The notes beneath the pieces are model-generated. The model was not told where the DNA came from. It saw only the letters and a list, made by a program, of their open reading frames with translations, and made no database searches. Positions 10,076-20,877 of a DNA stretch of 64,000 bases are shown one piece after another. The stretch is taken from assembly GCA_965223665.1 (NCBI GenBank), contig OZ245011.1, positions 320,001 through 384,000 of the forward strand. Direction: 5' to 3'. This DNA comes from Nitrospinaceae bacterium (GTDB lineage: Bacteria > Nitrospinota > Nitrospinia > Nitrospinales > Nitrospinaceae). The position numbers were made by a program, and so were the translations under genes. Numbering within the stretch: position 1 is the first letter of the stretch; each line of letters begins with the position of its first letter.

Positions 10076-12913
10076 TTACACTAGACAACTCTTTAAGTAT
10101 TTTCCGGTATATGATTTCTTTTGTTTTATAATTTCTTCAGGAGTTCCACTGACTAGAACTTCACCCCCGCGATGTCCCCCTTCAGGTCCTAAATCAACAA
10201 TATAATCGGCAGTTTTAATTACATCTAAATTATGTTCAATGATTATTACTGTGTTCCCTGCATCCACTAACTTAGAAATCACTCCTAACAAATGGCCTAT
10301 ATCGTGAAAGTGAAGACCAGTAGTGGGTTCATCCAATATATATAGGGTTTGACCGGTATTGCGCTTACTTAGTTCTTTTGCCAGTTTGACTCTTTGAGCT
10401 TCTCCCCCGGATAGTGTAGTTGCAGGTTGGCCAAGATGTATATAATCTAAACCCACACTTGTAATAGTTTCCAGTTTTGATCTTATGGAAGGAATATTTT
10501 GGAAAAAATCCAAAGCTTCTTCAGTGGTCATTTCTAAAACCTGAGAAATATTTTTTCCCTTGTATAAAATTTCTAAGGTTTCTCGATTGAACCGTTTGCC
10601 ATGACAAACCTCGCAAGTTACAAATATATCAGGAAGAAAATGCATTTCTACTTTGATAATGCCGTCCCCCTGGCAATCTTCACAGCGTCCGCCCTTAACA
10701 TTAAAACTAAATCTTCCCGGTTTGTAGCCACGTGCCCTGGCTTCGGGGATTTCACTATACAAGTCTCGAATTAAAGTAAAGAGTCCGGTATAAGTAGCAG
10801 GATTGGAGCGGGGAGTACGCCCGATTGGAGACTGATCAATATCGATTACTTTATCTAGAAATTGAGTTCCTTTTATTTTTTTGAACTTTCCTGGTTTTTC
10901 GGTAGCATTCCAAAAGTGCTGGGCCAAAGCTTTGTATAGAATATCTATGGTAAGAGTACTTTTTCCTGAACCCGATACGCCGGTTATACAAGTAAGAGCT
11001 CCCAAGGGAATTTTTACATTAATATTTTTTAAGTTATTGTGTGCCGCCCCCTGGATCTCTAAAAAATTTGCATTTCCCTTACGTCGTTTTTTGGGAACGG
11101 GAATTTCTTTTTTACCAGTTAAATATTGACCGGTTAAGGACTTTTTATTTTTAAGTAATTGCTTCGGGGGCCCAGAAAATATTATTTCACCTCCATGAAT
11201 ACCGGCACCCAGCCCTAAATCGATAACGTAATCTGCTTCACGAATTGTATTTTCATCATGCTCAACCACGATGACCGTATTTCCTAAATCTCGAAGTTTG
11301 GTTAGAGTGTTTAAAAGCCTTTCATTGTCCCTTTGATGAAGTCCAATGCTGGGCTCATCCAATACATATAGAACTCCCATCAAGCTAGAGCCTATTTGCG
11401 TAGCAAGTCGAATTCGTTGACTTTCTCCTCCCGAAAGAGTTGCAGAAGTTCTATTTAAAGTTAAATAATCTAAACCCACATCCATTAAAAACTTTAAACG
11501 TTCCTTTATTTCTTTAACAATCCTCCGAGCAATTGAAAATTCCTGATTCGTAAATTTGAGGGTATTAAAAAACTGTTGGAGTTCTCCTATAGATATTCCG
11601 GTAAGATCGATTATATTTTTGTTTCCTACTTTCACGGAAATTGCTTCCCTTTTTAAACGGGTTCCATTGCAGGCTGGGCAGGGAAGGGCACGCATGTATT
11701 GAGCGATTTCATCTCGGGTGGAAGACGAATCAGTTTCTATATAACGCCGTTCTAAATCCGGGATAACTCCATCATAAGTTCCCGTATAACTATGGCGACG
11801 ATTTCCTTTTTCATAGAAATATTTTACAGGTTGACCTCCAGCACCAAAAAGAACTATTTCCTGAGTTTTTTTTGGAAGATCTTTAAAGGGAGCGTTTAAC
11901 TTGAAATTAAACTGATCGGATAATGCTTCCAACATTTGAAAAAAGTAAACAGAGGTTTTCTTTCTCCAGGGAACGATTGCACCGTTGCGAATTGATAGCC
12001 TGGAATCAGGAACTACCAAGTCGGGATCAATAACCATTTTATTTCCAAGGCCATCGCATTGAGGACAAGCACCACTAGGATTGTTGAATGAAAATAACCT
12101 TGGTTCTAATTCGGGATAACTAATGCCACAGTAATTGCAGGCAAACTTTTCGCTAAATAATAAATCATTCGAGGATTTCTCTACTTTCCCGTTTCCTAAA
12201 ATTGAAACCACCAGATTTCCTTCTCCTTGAATAAGAGCGGTTTCAACCGAATCTGCAAGGCGCTTTCCCATGTTGTTTTTTATAATTAAACGATCCACTA
12301 CGGTATCAATTGAGTGCTTGAATTTTTTATTTAAATTGATTTCTTCCTCAAGAGAACGAATTTCTCCATCTATCCGTGCTCTAACAAACCCCTTTTTTCG
12401 CAGTTCCAAGAGTTCTTTTTTAAATTCTCCTTTTCGATCCTTGACCAAGGGAGACAAAATTAGAACTTTGGATCCTTCCGGAATGGATTGAACCTGATCT
12501 ACAATTTGTTGAACTGTTTGTGAAGAAATTTGGCGTCCACATTTGAAACAAAATACATGGCCTACGCGAGCGTATAGCAATCTTAAATAATCATAAATTT
12601 CGGTTACTGTACCAACTGTAGATCGTGGGTTTTTACTTGATGTTTTTTGCTCTATGGAAATCGCAGGGGAAAGACCTTCAATGTAATCGACATCCGGTTT
12701 TTCCATGAGTTCCAGAAATTGGCGAGCGTAAGCTGAGAGTGACTCGACGTAGCGGCGTTGTCCCTCAGCATATATGGTATCAAATGCTAATGAGGATTTA
12801 CCCGAACCACTAAGGCCTGTAATTACTACAAGTTTATCACGGGGCATAGAAACATTAATGCTCTTTAGATTGTGTTCTCTAGCCCCTTTGATAATTATTT
12901 TTTCAATTGACAT
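10076..12913 (-). CDS. uvrA: Excinuclease ABC subunit A
   Basis: Two ABC cassettes ([21 protein letters not shown] twice) and Zn fingers. Confidence 0.98.
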   Translation of the reverse strand: MSIEKIIIKGAREHNLKSINVSMPRDKLVVITGLSGSGKSSLAFDTIYAEGQRRYVESLSAYARQFLELMEKPDVDYIEGLSPAISIEQKTSSKNPRSTVGTVTEIYDYLRLLYARVGHVFCFKCGRQISSQTVQQIVDQVQSIPEGSKVLILSPLVKDRKGEFKKELLELRKKGFVRARIDGEIRSLEEEINLNKKFKHSIDTVVDRLIIKNNMGKRLADSVETALIQGEGNLVVSILGNGKVEKSSNDLLFSEKFACNYCGISYPELEPRLFSFNNPSGACPQCDGLGNKMVIDPDLVVPDSRLSIRNGAIVPWRKKTSVYFFQMLEALSDQFNFKLNAPFKDLPKKTQEIVLFGAGGQPVKYFYEKGNRRHSYTGTYDGVIPDLERRYIETDSSSTRDEIAQYMRALPCPACNGTRLKREAISVKVGNKNIIDLTGISIGELQQFFNTLKFTNQEFSIARRIVKEIKERLKFLMDVGLDYLTLNRTSATLSGGESQRIRLATQIGSSLMGVLYVLDEPSIGLHQRDNERLLNTLTKLRDLGNTVIVVEHDENTIREADYVIDLGLGAGIHGGEIIFSGPPKQLLKNKKSLTGQYLTGKKEIPVPKKRRKGNANFLEIQGAAHNNLKNINVKIPLGALTCITGVSGSGKSTLTIDILYKALAQHFWNATEKPGKFKKIKGTQFLDKVIDIDQSPIGRTPRSNPATYTGLFTLIRDLYSEIPEARARGYKPGRFSFNVKGGRCEDCQGDGIIKVEMHFLPDIFVTCEVCHGKRFNRETLEILYKGKNISQVLEMTTEEALDFFQNIPSIRSKLETITSVGLDYIHLGQPATTLSGGEAQRVKLAKELSKRNTGQTLYILDEPTTGLHFHDIGHLLGVISKLVDAGNTVIIIEHNLDVIKTADYIVDLGPEGGHRGGEVLVSGTPEEIIKQKKSYTGKYLKSCLV

Positions 12914-12941
12914 ATATTATTTAAAAGCAAAACTAAAAGCT

Positions 12942-14765
12942 TCACTTAAAGAGAAAGTTCCATTTTTTGTCGACCAGGTTTTTAATGTCTTGCGACATTT
13001 TTATTTCTTCTGGCCATTGTTGAGTGTATCCCTCATCAGGAAATTTTTTTGTGACATCGATGGCTATCCGTTGACCATCGACATAGGTATCTCTTTCAGG
13101 GTCCAGGTTATTAAAAAGTTTCCAAAGAACTTCAGTTTTATTATTTAAATCCACATGTGCTTCAAAAGCGATTATTATTCCAATTTCCTTTTGTCCTGGA
13201 TCTTCGAAAAAAGATTCGAAAAATTTTTTCACATCATCGGAATTTATTTTTTCTATTGAGACTAACATGATTGGACACTTGGTATTCAATTTGATAACTA
13301 GGCTATCTTTTATTTCCTGATAATTTTGCTTTAAAAGTGTATCTAAATTTATTTCCGAGTTAATAAGTTTTAAATTTGAGTCATTTTTGGATTTTGGTTC
13401 CCCATCAATTTTTTGAGTGGCATCGATTCCTAATTTAGAACCATATAGGGCCGAGTCAGAGGCATGGTTTAAAACATCTAAAATTCCTTCAGAAAAAAAT
13501 AAGTCAATTTCTATATCAATATTGTTTAAGATAGTCTCTAAAACCAGCTTTTCATCGTGAACATTAATTTCAGAGTCAACAACCACAATAATTTTCACAA
13601 AACTCATTTGACCTGCTCCCCACAAGGTGCTCATTAAACGGCGTGCCTGCATGGGAAATCGCTTGTCAATGGAAACGATGACACAATTATGAAAAACACC
13701 TTCTAAAGGCATATTCATATCGACAAGCTCTGGAAGTTGTGTCTGAAGAAGGGGGAGAAAAATTCGTTCAGTTGCTTTCCCTAAATAAAAATCTTCCTGA
13801 GGGGGTTTGCCGACAATGGTAGTCAGATATATGGGGTCTTTACGATGGGTTATGGCCGTTACATGAAATACTGGGTAATCTCCATCTTGAGAGTAATAGC
13901 CCGTATGATCTCCAAAAGGTCCTTCCAACTTTAATTCACTTGGATCTATAAAACCCTCTAAAACAATTTCAGAATTTGCGGGAACCTCAAGGTTGACGGT
14001 TTTACATTTAACTAATTGAACAGGTTTTTTTCGGATAAAACCAGCAAGTAAAAATTCATCAATTCCATAAGGGAGAGGAGCCGAAGCTGCATAACAAGAT
14101 ACGGGATCAGCCCCAATGGCTACCGCGACTTCCATCTTTTTATTTTGCTTTTTATAGTCATGAAAAAAATGAGCTCCATCCTTATGGATGTGCCAATGCA
14201 TGGCCGTTGTATTTTTATCAAAAACCTGCATTCTATAAAGTCCCACATTTCTGATTTTTTGATCGACACTCCGGTTGATAACCATAGGAAAAGTAATGAA
14301 TGGTCCTGCGTCTAAGGGCCAACATTGCAAAATAGGTAAAATACTTAAATCAACTTGATCTTCAGTAAGGACCACTTCTTGACAAGGGGGAGATTTTGAA
14401 TGAATAAGTTTAGGTGGAAAAAAAGAAGCTTCTAAAAGCATTGGAAGTAGCTTTGCTTTGTCAAATAAAGTGGTTGGGGGTTTGGTTTTTAGGTATTTTT
14501 CTATATCTTTTGCAATTTTATATACATCCTTGACACCAAGGGCCAGGTTCATTCGATTCGAACTTCCAAAAGCATTTATTAGAACAGGAATATTGCTTCC
14601 TTTAACATTTTTAAACAACAGTGCTTTTCCACCCTCTGGACTCTTGGAAATTCGATCTGTGATTTCAGTTATTTCTAATATTGGAGAAACTTCATCCTGG
14701 ATATGTATGATTTCTCCGTGACTATCTAAAAGTTTAATGAATTCTCTAAGGGAATTTGTAATCAT
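12942..14765 (-). CDS. UbiD-family decarboxylase, menaquinone (futalosine pathway) MqnL-type
   Basis: [27 protein letters not shown], and a duplicated C-terminal domain (607 aa). Confidence 0.85.
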   Translation of the reverse strand: MITNSLREFIKLLDSHGEIIHIQDEVSPILEITEITDRISKSPEGGKALLFKNVKGSNIPVLINAFGSSNRMNLALGVKDVYKIAKDIEKYLKTKPPTTLFDKAKLLPMLLEASFFPPKLIHSKSPPCQEVVLTEDQVDLSILPILQCWPLDAGPFITFPMVINRSVDQKIRNVGLYRMQVFDKNTTAMHWHIHKDGAHFFHDYKKQNKKMEVAVAIGADPVSCYAASAPLPYGIDEFLLAGFIRKKPVQLVKCKTVNLEVPANSEIVLEGFIDPSELKLEGPFGDHTGYYSQDGDYPVFHVTAITHRKDPIYLTTIVGKPPQEDFYLGKATERIFLPLLQTQLPELVDMNMPLEGVFHNCVIVSIDKRFPMQARRLMSTLWGAGQMSFVKIIVVVDSEINVHDEKLVLETILNNIDIEIDLFFSEGILDVLNHASDSALYGSKLGIDATQKIDGEPKSKNDSNLKLINSEINLDTLLKQNYQEIKDSLVIKLNTKCPIMLVSIEKINSDDVKKFFESFFEDPGQKEIGIIIAFEAHVDLNNKTEVLWKLFNNLDPERDTYVDGQRIAIDVTKKFPDEGYTQQWPEEIKMSQDIKNLVDKKWNFLFK

Positions 14766-14888
14766 CCGTAAATAAGTCCAAATTTAAGCAAAGGGACATT
14801 ATATCTTAGTCTGATTATCATTTTGTAATTTCTTACTCTCCCTTGTGCAAAATTATTAAAGAAAATTGGTATATGGTAGGATGAACCT

Positions 14889-15812
14889 ATGTGGGTATTT
14901 ATTTGTAAACGATTGTTGCATGGGATTCCTGTTTTACTTGCGGTAGCGACTCTCACCTTCTGTATAATGCATTGGGCGCCAGGGGGTCCCTTTGACCGTG
15001 ATAAAAAACTTCCACCAGAAATAATTGCTAATATTGAGGCAAAATACCATTTAGATAAACCTCTCTGGCAACAATATCTTTTATACATGAAGCAGCTATG
15101 TCAAGGAGATTTGGGTCCCTCTTATAAGTATATTGGTCGTGATGTTGCGGATATTATTAAAGATACGTTTCCAGTATCGGTTTCCTTAGGGATTTGTGCT
15201 GTGTTAGTAACCTTAGGACTTGGGATTCCAGCCGGAATTTTTTCTGCAGCAAAACAAAACTCACCACTCGACCATTTTTTCATTATAGTTGCAACTTTAG
15301 GGATTTCCTTTCCCAGCTTTGTCCTTGGTACATTTTTAATTTTATTATTTTCCCATCAATGGAATTTATTGCCTCCTGCCCTATGGGAGGGTCCTCGCCA
15401 TATGATTATGCCTGCTTTTGCTTTGGGGGCTGGATTTGCAGGTTATATTGCCAGGCTTACTCGATCTTCGGTATTAGAAATTTTGTCAGAAGATTATATA
15501 CGAACAGCTCGTGCAAAAGGTTTGAGTAACACAAGGGTTTTATTGAAACATGTATTTTTAAATTCTCTAACTCCTATTGTATCAGTGATGGGCCCTCTGA
15601 CGGCAGGTTTGATAACAGGATCTTTTGTCATTGAATTTATATTTTCGGTTCCCGGGATGGGAAACTTTTTTATTACGGCTGTAACCAATCGAGATTATCC
15701 ATTAATCATGGGTGTTACTATGCTTTATGCGGTATTGATAATTTTAGCCAATGTGATTGTGGACATCATTTATGTAAAACTCGACCCTAGGGTGAAATTA
15801 ACTAATCAATAG
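14889..15812 (+). CDS. oppB: Oligopeptide ABC transporter permease
   Basis: APGGPFD, GDLGPSY, DYIRTARAKGL, NRDYPLIMG. Confidence 0.9.
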   Translation: MWVFICKRLLHGIPVLLAVATLTFCIMHWAPGGPFDRDKKLPPEIIANIEAKYHLDKPLWQQYLLYMKQLCQGDLGPSYKYIGRDVADIIKDTFPVSVSLGICAVLVTLGLGIPAGIFSAAKQNSPLDHFFIIVATLGISFPSFVLGTFLILLFSHQWNLLPPALWEGPRHMIMPAFALGAGFAGYIARLTRSSVLEILSEDYIRTARAKGLSNTRVLLKHVFLNSLTPIVSVMGPLTAGLITGSFVIEFIFSVPGMGNFFITAVTNRDYPLIMGVTMLYAVLIILANVIVDIIYVKLDPRVKLTNQ

Positions 15813-15814
15813 AT

Positions 15815-16645
15815 ATGTTGTCTGAAATAAAAAAATTTTCTTGGCCGGCCAGATTTAGTTTAATTTTTATTTTGCTTGTGATGCTAATTGGGATAATGGC
15901 GCCTTGGATTTCACCTTATTCTTATCAAGAACAGGATACTTTAAAAACTTTATCCCCTCCCTCGGCTGTACATTGGATGGGGACCGATCAGCTGGGTCGA
16001 GATTTATTTTCCCGATTAATTTTTGGAGCAAGGGTTTCCTTATTTATTGGAATTTCTACAACTTTGATTGCAATGGTGATAGGAACTATTTATGGGGGAA
16101 TATCCGGATATGTGGGAGGTAAGACTGACAATATTATGATGCGAATCGTGGACGTTATTTTTTCATTGCCAGATTTGCTTATGATTATTCTAATTACCAT
16201 GGTTTTGGGACGGGGCCTTTTGGGCCTTTTTTTGGCTTTAACTATTGTTAGTTGGGTTACCGTTGCACGAGTGGTGCGTGGAGAAGTTTTAAAAATAAAA
16301 GAGATGGCCTATGTGGAAGCCGCTCGTGTAATAGGAGCTAGTAATTCAAGAATATTATTTCACGAAATTTTACCCAACATTCTTGGGATACTAATTGTCA
16401 CTTTAACTTTTCGCATTCCTGTAGCGATTTTAGCAGAGTCTACTTTGAGCTTTATCGGTTTAGGAATTGCTCCTCCTTTTAGTAGTTGGGGTACTTTAGC
16501 GAATGATGGATGGACAGCAGTCAAATTTTACCCTCATTTAATCTTGTTTCCTTCCCTGGCTATATTTTTTACAATTTTGTCGTTTAATCTTCTTGGGGAG
16601 GGTATTCGCGATTACTTTGATCCTCGAAAAAGTCTTAAAGTTTAA
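15815..16645 (+). CDS. oppC: Oligopeptide ABC transporter permease
   Basis: HWMGTDQLGRD, YVEAARVIGA, FNLLGEGIRD..DPR. Confidence 0.9.
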   Translation: MLSEIKKFSWPARFSLIFILLVMLIGIMAPWISPYSYQEQDTLKTLSPPSAVHWMGTDQLGRDLFSRLIFGARVSLFIGISTTLIAMVIGTIYGGISGYVGGKTDNIMMRIVDVIFSLPDLLMIILITMVLGRGLLGLFLALTIVSWVTVARVVRGEVLKIKEMAYVEAARVIGASNSRILFHEILPNILGILIVTLTFRIPVAILAESTLSFIGLGIAPPFSSWGTLANDGWTAVKFYPHLILFPSLAIFFTILSFNLLGEGIRDYFDPRKSLKV

Positions 16646-16648
16646 TAA

Positions 16649-16661
16649 AATCAATAAGTTA
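16649..16661 (+). promoter_or_regulatory. IHF-type binding site
   Basis: AATCAATAAGTTA is an exact match to WATCAANNNNTTR in an AT-rich intergenic region. Confidence 0.35.
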
Positions 16662-16799
16662 GTTTATTTGCAAAAGAAATTTATGGGGTTTTTTTTCCGG
16701 AATTAAAGGGATAAAATAATTACATGAAGGGATATTTGCATTTTGGGAAGTTTTATTTATTTCCTAAAAATTTATTATTTTAAATTGCACTATTTCATA

Positions 16800-16827
16800 T
16801 TGACATAACAATTTAGTGCATTAAAAT
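16800..16827 (+). promoter_or_regulatory. Candidate sigma-70 promoter bracketed by an inverted repeat
   Basis: TTGACA-N16-TAAAAT, with TGCACTA...TAGTGCA arms flanking the -35 box. Confidence 0.5.
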
Positions 16828-16884
16828 TAGCGACTCTTATGTTCTTACCCAAGGAATAGGTGGTTAATTTTTTGAAGGAATAAT

Positions 16885-17166
16885 TTGATTATGAGTGCCT
16901 TAAAATCAGATCTTATTTGCGAGATTATTCGTAAATCGCAAACTAATCTTTTAAAAAAGAAAACCGGAGACAATGGTGATTGCAATGAGCAATTAGTTTT
17001 GCATTGGGTAAAAAATAATGCGAAGAGTTATAGAGATTATTATTGTGACCAACTAAGCCATTGTTCAACTTCCGAGCTGGGCGTTATTTTGAAAGAATTA
17101 CAAGAATCTATGAAAGATTTAAATGACTTATTAATTAATTCCCCGAGTTTTGTAGAAAAAGTTTAA
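16885..17166 (+). CDS. Hypothetical protein (93 aa)
   Basis: ORF with a GAAGGA RBS and upstream promoter. Start may be ATG 16891. No family recognised. Confidence 0.65.
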   Translation: MIMSALKSDLICEIIRKSQTNLLKKKTGDNGDCNEQLVLHWVKNNAKSYRDYYCDQLSHCSTSELGVILKELQESMKDLNDLLINSPSFVEKV

Positions 17167-17171
17167 ACAAA

Positions 17172-17801
17172 ATGGAAGAAAACAAATCAAAGACAGAATC
17201 TCCCCCAGGAGCAACCCCCGCAGAAAAGCCTAAGGTTGCACCTAAGCCTGCAGCAAAGCCTGCACCTAAAGCAGTTCCAAAAGCGGCAGCGAAACCTAAA
17301 GTTGAAAAAAAACCTTTAATTGACAACGGGAATGGAACAATTACCGATCCTAATTCTGGATTAATGTGGAAACAAAGTGATGCTTGGTTAGATATGCATA
17401 AATTTTTTACATGGGACAATCACACCGAGTATATCGAAAAATTTAATAAAGAGAAATTCGCAGGTTTCGAAGATTGGAGAATTCCTAGTAAAGCAGAGGC
17501 GATGACTTTATTTGATAAAACTTTGGAAAATCTCGATAAAAATGGTACTAAATTTCCTTTAGATCCTATCTTTTCTGCTGGAGGAGCTTCTACAACCTGG
17601 ATTAGTGAATGTACTCCTGAAAAGGTGGTTCGTTTTGATTATAAAATAGGAAATGACTTCGCTTATCCTCCTACAGAGATTTGGTCTTCTATGAGATTAG
17701 TTAGAAAAACCGAGGTGCCTGATCAAAAAGAAAAATCTGAAACTGAGGAAAAGAAAGCTGAGGCTAGTAAGCCCGCAAACCCTGAAGTTAAGCCTGCCTA
17801 G
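17172..17801 (+). CDS. DUF1566 (Lcl C-terminal-like) domain protein with Pro/Ala/Lys-rich termini
   Basis: DNGNGTITDPNSGLMW...FAGFEDWRIPS..E..TL, the DUF1566 signature. Confidence 0.85.
   Translation: MEENKSKTESPPGATPAEKPKVAPKPAAKPAPKAVPKAAAKPKVEKKPLIDNGNGTITDPNSGLMWKQSDAWLDMHKFFTWDNHTEYIEKFNKEKFAGFEDWRIPSKAEAMTLFDKTLENLDKNGTKFPLDPIFSAGGASTTWISECTPEKVVRFDYKIGNDFAYPPTEIWSSMRLVRKTEVPDQKEKSETEEKKAEASKPANPEVKPA
17238..17297 (+). repeat. Imperfect 12-bp coding tandem repeat (APKP/AAKP), five units
   Basis: gcacctaagcct gcagcaaagcct gcacctaaagca gttccaaaagcg gcagcgaaacct. Confidence 0.7.
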
Positions 17802-17846
17802 GTTTCAAAGGCATTTACTCCAATAAATTTGTAATTTATCCTTTTC

Positions 17847-18137
17847 TCAAGGTTTTTTTTTCACCCATTCCTGCATTACTTGGGCCGTGAGCCCTGGATT
17901 TTTTAGAGCATATTTTCTAACTGCTAACCTCATAGCCTGCATCTTTGGGTCACCAATTGGCAAGCTCCTTTTGGGTGGGGCTTTAGACCCTGGAATGAGT
18001 TTTTTCCTTTGGTTCGGTAACGGGGTTTGTGGGTTAGATTGTGGGGCCCGCGGAATAGAATTAAATGAAACAAATAATAAAATACCTGCAAGAATTGAAA
18101 CTATAGAAAGAAAACCCAGGAGCAATGAAAACTTCAT
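17847..18137 (-). CDS. Small single-TM protein with a Pro-rich linker and FliF-C-terminus-like helix
   Basis: N-terminal hydrophobic helix and C-terminal ALKNPGLTAQVMQEWVKKK. Starts 14 bp downstream of the DnaJ-like gene on the same strand. Confidence 0.65.
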   Translation of the reverse strand: MKFSLLLGFLSIVSILAGILLFVSFNSIPRAPQSNPQTPLPNQRKKLIPGSKAPPKRSLPIGDPKMQAMRLAVRKYALKNPGLTAQVMQEWVKKKP

Positions 18138-18151
18138 AATTTCTTATCGTA

Positions 18152-19087
18152 TTATTGGTCAGAAATATGAAACTTTACTATAAAATCTCCTCTTTTTTTT
18201 CCCCACGGATCGGTGGAACCCGCTCCTGAAATACGATACTCTTCTCCTGTAAGGGTACCTTCCTCTACCGAAATGGTTTGGATTGAATCTAGTGTCTGGA
18301 CTTCAAGGGGGCCCCCTTCATTTGCTAATTCAGGGGAAATGAAAATATCTGCATATATATCCTTCTTAAATTTTTTAAATTGAGGGTGTTGTTTAATATT
18401 TATTTTTAGCATCAAATCGCCTGGAGGACCACCATTTCGACCTGCCCCACCTTCGTTGGGAAGACGCAAAGTATATTGGTCTACCACCCCAGAAGGAATT
18501 TCCACATTCAAGGTTACCTGTTTTACTACCCTTTGCGACCCTTTACAGTTGAGGCATTCATTTTCTTCTTCATTCATTCCAGTTCCATTGCAGTTTTCAC
18601 AAATTACCTGCTTTTCATAATGGAAGGGCATATTGCCTCCCAATGCTGCTGTGACAAATGGGACTTCAATAAAAAACTGCAGATCAAATCCTCGAGTTGG
18701 CCAATCTGGATCAATGGGGACTTCTTCATCAAATCTCGTATTTGAAAATGGGTCTTGTGGATTTTCCCTGGGTCCTTGACGTTGGTATTTATAGCCAAAA
18801 TCAAAATCACTTGCTTGTTGTTGGGAATAAGATTGCGAATACGATTGGGATGTCCTCTGTGCCTGAACTCGCATTCGATCATATTGCTTTCTTTTTTTGG
18901 AATCGATTAGAACAGAATAGGCTTCTGATATTAATTTGAAATTTTCCTCAGCTTTTTTGCTTCCTTGGTTGGTATCTGGATGGTGTTTTTTAGCTAATTC
19001 TCTATAACGTTTTTTTATTTGTTTAGGTTTTGAATTAGAGGCAACACCTAAAATTTTATAATAGTTTTTCTCTGCGGAAATTTGCAT
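18152..19087 (-). CDS. DnaJ-class co-chaperone (J domain, reduced Zn finger, C-terminal domain)
   Basis: NYYKILGV...HHPD J domain, only two CxxCxG motifs, GGPPGDL. Confidence 0.9.
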   Translation of the reverse strand: MQISAEKNYYKILGVASNSKPKQIKKRYRELAKKHHPDTNQGSKKAEENFKLISEAYSVLIDSKKRKQYDRMRVQAQRTSQSYSQSYSQQQASDFDFGYKYQRQGPRENPQDPFSNTRFDEEVPIDPDWPTRGFDLQFFIEVPFVTAALGGNMPFHYEKQVICENCNGTGMNEEENECLNCKGSQRVVKQVTLNVEIPSGVVDQYTLRLPNEGGAGRNGGPPGDLMLKINIKQHPQFKKFKKDIYADIFISPELANEGGPLEVQTLDSIQTISVEEGTLTGEEYRISGAGSTDPWGKKRGDFIVKFHISDQ

Positions 19088-19131
19088 TCAAATAGAACCC
19101 AAGAAAGAATAAGGATTTTTTTATTCTATCT

Positions 19132-19905
19132 TTAACTATGATGGAGTTCAACAGAAGGAGTTGCAAAAGGTTGGGGTGCCAAGTGTTTGGTTTCTTGGAT
19201 TGTATCCCCAAACGGAGTCTCGGTTAATAAAGCAAATAATAAATCGCGTTGAGTTTTCGATTTGTGAGGACAAAATTGATCTCTAAATTTAATCATTAAT
19301 ATTTCGCTATTCATTTTAGAATTTCTTTCAGTAGGCCAAAGAAGAATTTTTTCTGAGCTTAATTTTTCTACCCGTGCAAAGTTAGAGGGTTTAAAAATGT
19401 GGTGGCTGAAAGCACCTTTGAATTCAAGAAAATTACTTTTTCGATTTATATATCCAATATCTAACTGGTTGGGAATAAAACCAAATAGGTTCCCCGGCTT
19501 CAATCCATAGATGACAACAAAGTTTGAGTTCTTATTTACTGGAGTGATGTTTGCAAACTTTTTATTGTAAATAGAACGAAACCAACTATTTGAAAAATCC
19601 AGCCACCTGAAAGCGATAGCCCCAACAAATATTATGTTCAATATGAATGTATATGGATTTTTAGTTATTAGAAAGTAAACGAAAAACGCAATAGTTATGC
19701 CAAAGAATACGCTTATTACTAGGTTAAAGGTATCCATATTTAAATAAAAACCTAAAATTTCTTTCCCGAAAGGTGGTTGATTTTTTTGTAAATGGTAGCG
19801 TCGTTTCAAGATAAGACAGGTAGCCACTGCTAAAGAAAATGACAATATGGTTATAGGAAAATTAAAAAATGCGATTAGGTAAGCTACCAATAATAATTCC
19901 GTCAT
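19132..19905 (-). CDS. Hypothetical membrane protein
   Basis: 257-aa ORF with about three N-terminal TM helices and a soluble C-terminal part. Confidence 0.65.
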   Translation of the reverse strand: MTELLLVAYLIAFFNFPITILSFSLAVATCLILKRRYHLQKNQPPFGKEILGFYLNMDTFNLVISVFFGITIAFFVYFLITKNPYTFILNIIFVGAIAFRWLDFSNSWFRSIYNKKFANITPVNKNSNFVVIYGLKPGNLFGFIPNQLDIGYINRKSNFLEFKGAFSHHIFKPSNFARVEKLSSEKILLWPTERNSKMNSEILMIKFRDQFCPHKSKTQRDLLFALLTETPFGDTIQETKHLAPQPFATPSVELHHS

Positions 19906-20274
19906 AGTAATAAATTTGATCCTTAAAAATAATTAAGTTGAGTTGCCTATCCTCAATACCCTTTGCAAATGACTCTCTTCACATTCTATTTATAAGAAAC
20001 AATAGTTGTTTGGTCAAGAAGAAAAGCTTCATAAGTCCTTATAAACAAAGGAGTTCTAATGAACCTTGAATGTAATTGTTATGGGAGAATGGAAGTGTTT
20101 TTTTTAGAAAAAATATTTAATTTTAGAAAGCGTCACGTTATATAATCGAATTGGATTGAATATACCCGGATTTGAAATACGCCCAAAGGAGAGGGAGTTT
20201 TAACAGTAAATAATATTTTCTGGGAAATAAAATGTAAGTCTTTGTAGATATCTTTTTTCTCCAAGAGAATTTAA

Positions 20275-20823
20275 ATGAAAAAATATTTTCAAATTTTTGT
20301 GTTTTTGAACCTAGTTTTTCTCGTTGGTTGTATGCATCCAATATCAAAAACTCTTCGTGACCAAACGGATCCCAAGGTAACTTTTGGTCAAATTCGCAAT
20401 AATGTGGATGCTCATGTTGGGAAAAAAGTTGTTTGGGGAGGTACCATTGTCGAAACACGAAACTTGGAAAGTGGAACTGAGGTGGAGGTAGTTCAACATA
20501 AACTAGATTCTTTTGGTTATCCTGAATCTGGAGATCAAACCGCAGGAAGATTTATATTTAAATATCGGGAATTCCTTGAGCCAGAAATTTATTCTAATGA
20601 AAGGCACGTGACGGGTGCTGGTACCGTGATAGGAACAAAGTCAGGAAAAGTAGGTGAAACAAATTACGAGTTTCCTGTGGTAGAGGTTGAGGAATTACAT
20701 TTGTGGGAAAAAAGGTATCCTGACTGGGGTTATCCTTATTCAAATTTTGGGTTTTTCTGGGGGTATCCTGGATATTACGGACCCTATTATGGTCGTTTTG
20801 GCAGAAGCTATTACTTTTGGTAA
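20275..20823 (+). CDS. Slp-family outer-membrane lipoprotein
   Basis: Lipobox LVGC, VVWGGTIV, GRFI...FLEP..Y...R.VT, Y.FPVV, Tyr/Gly/Trp-rich tail. Confidence 0.88.
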   Translation: MKKYFQIFVFLNLVFLVGCMHPISKTLRDQTDPKVTFGQIRNNVDAHVGKKVVWGGTIVETRNLESGTEVEVVQHKLDSFGYPESGDQTAGRFIFKYREFLEPEIYSNERHVTGAGTVIGTKSGKVGETNYEFPVVEVEELHLWEKRYPDWGYPYSNFGFFWGYPGYYGPYYGRFGRSYYFW

Positions 20824-20877
20824 TTTGTAAAAAAATTTTCTCCTTTTAAAAATCCCTATCTTCAAACACCATTTGAT

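Noticed and set aside
17887-18183. Second ~98-aa ORF listed over the small TM protein gene
   Set aside because: It is the antisense mirror of 17847-18137, which has the better operon context and a coherent TM-linker-helix layout.
18821-18850. Short 12-bp tandem repeat (SQSY units)
   Set aside because: It is a low-complexity coding linker of about 2.5 units, not a CRISPR or mobile repeat.
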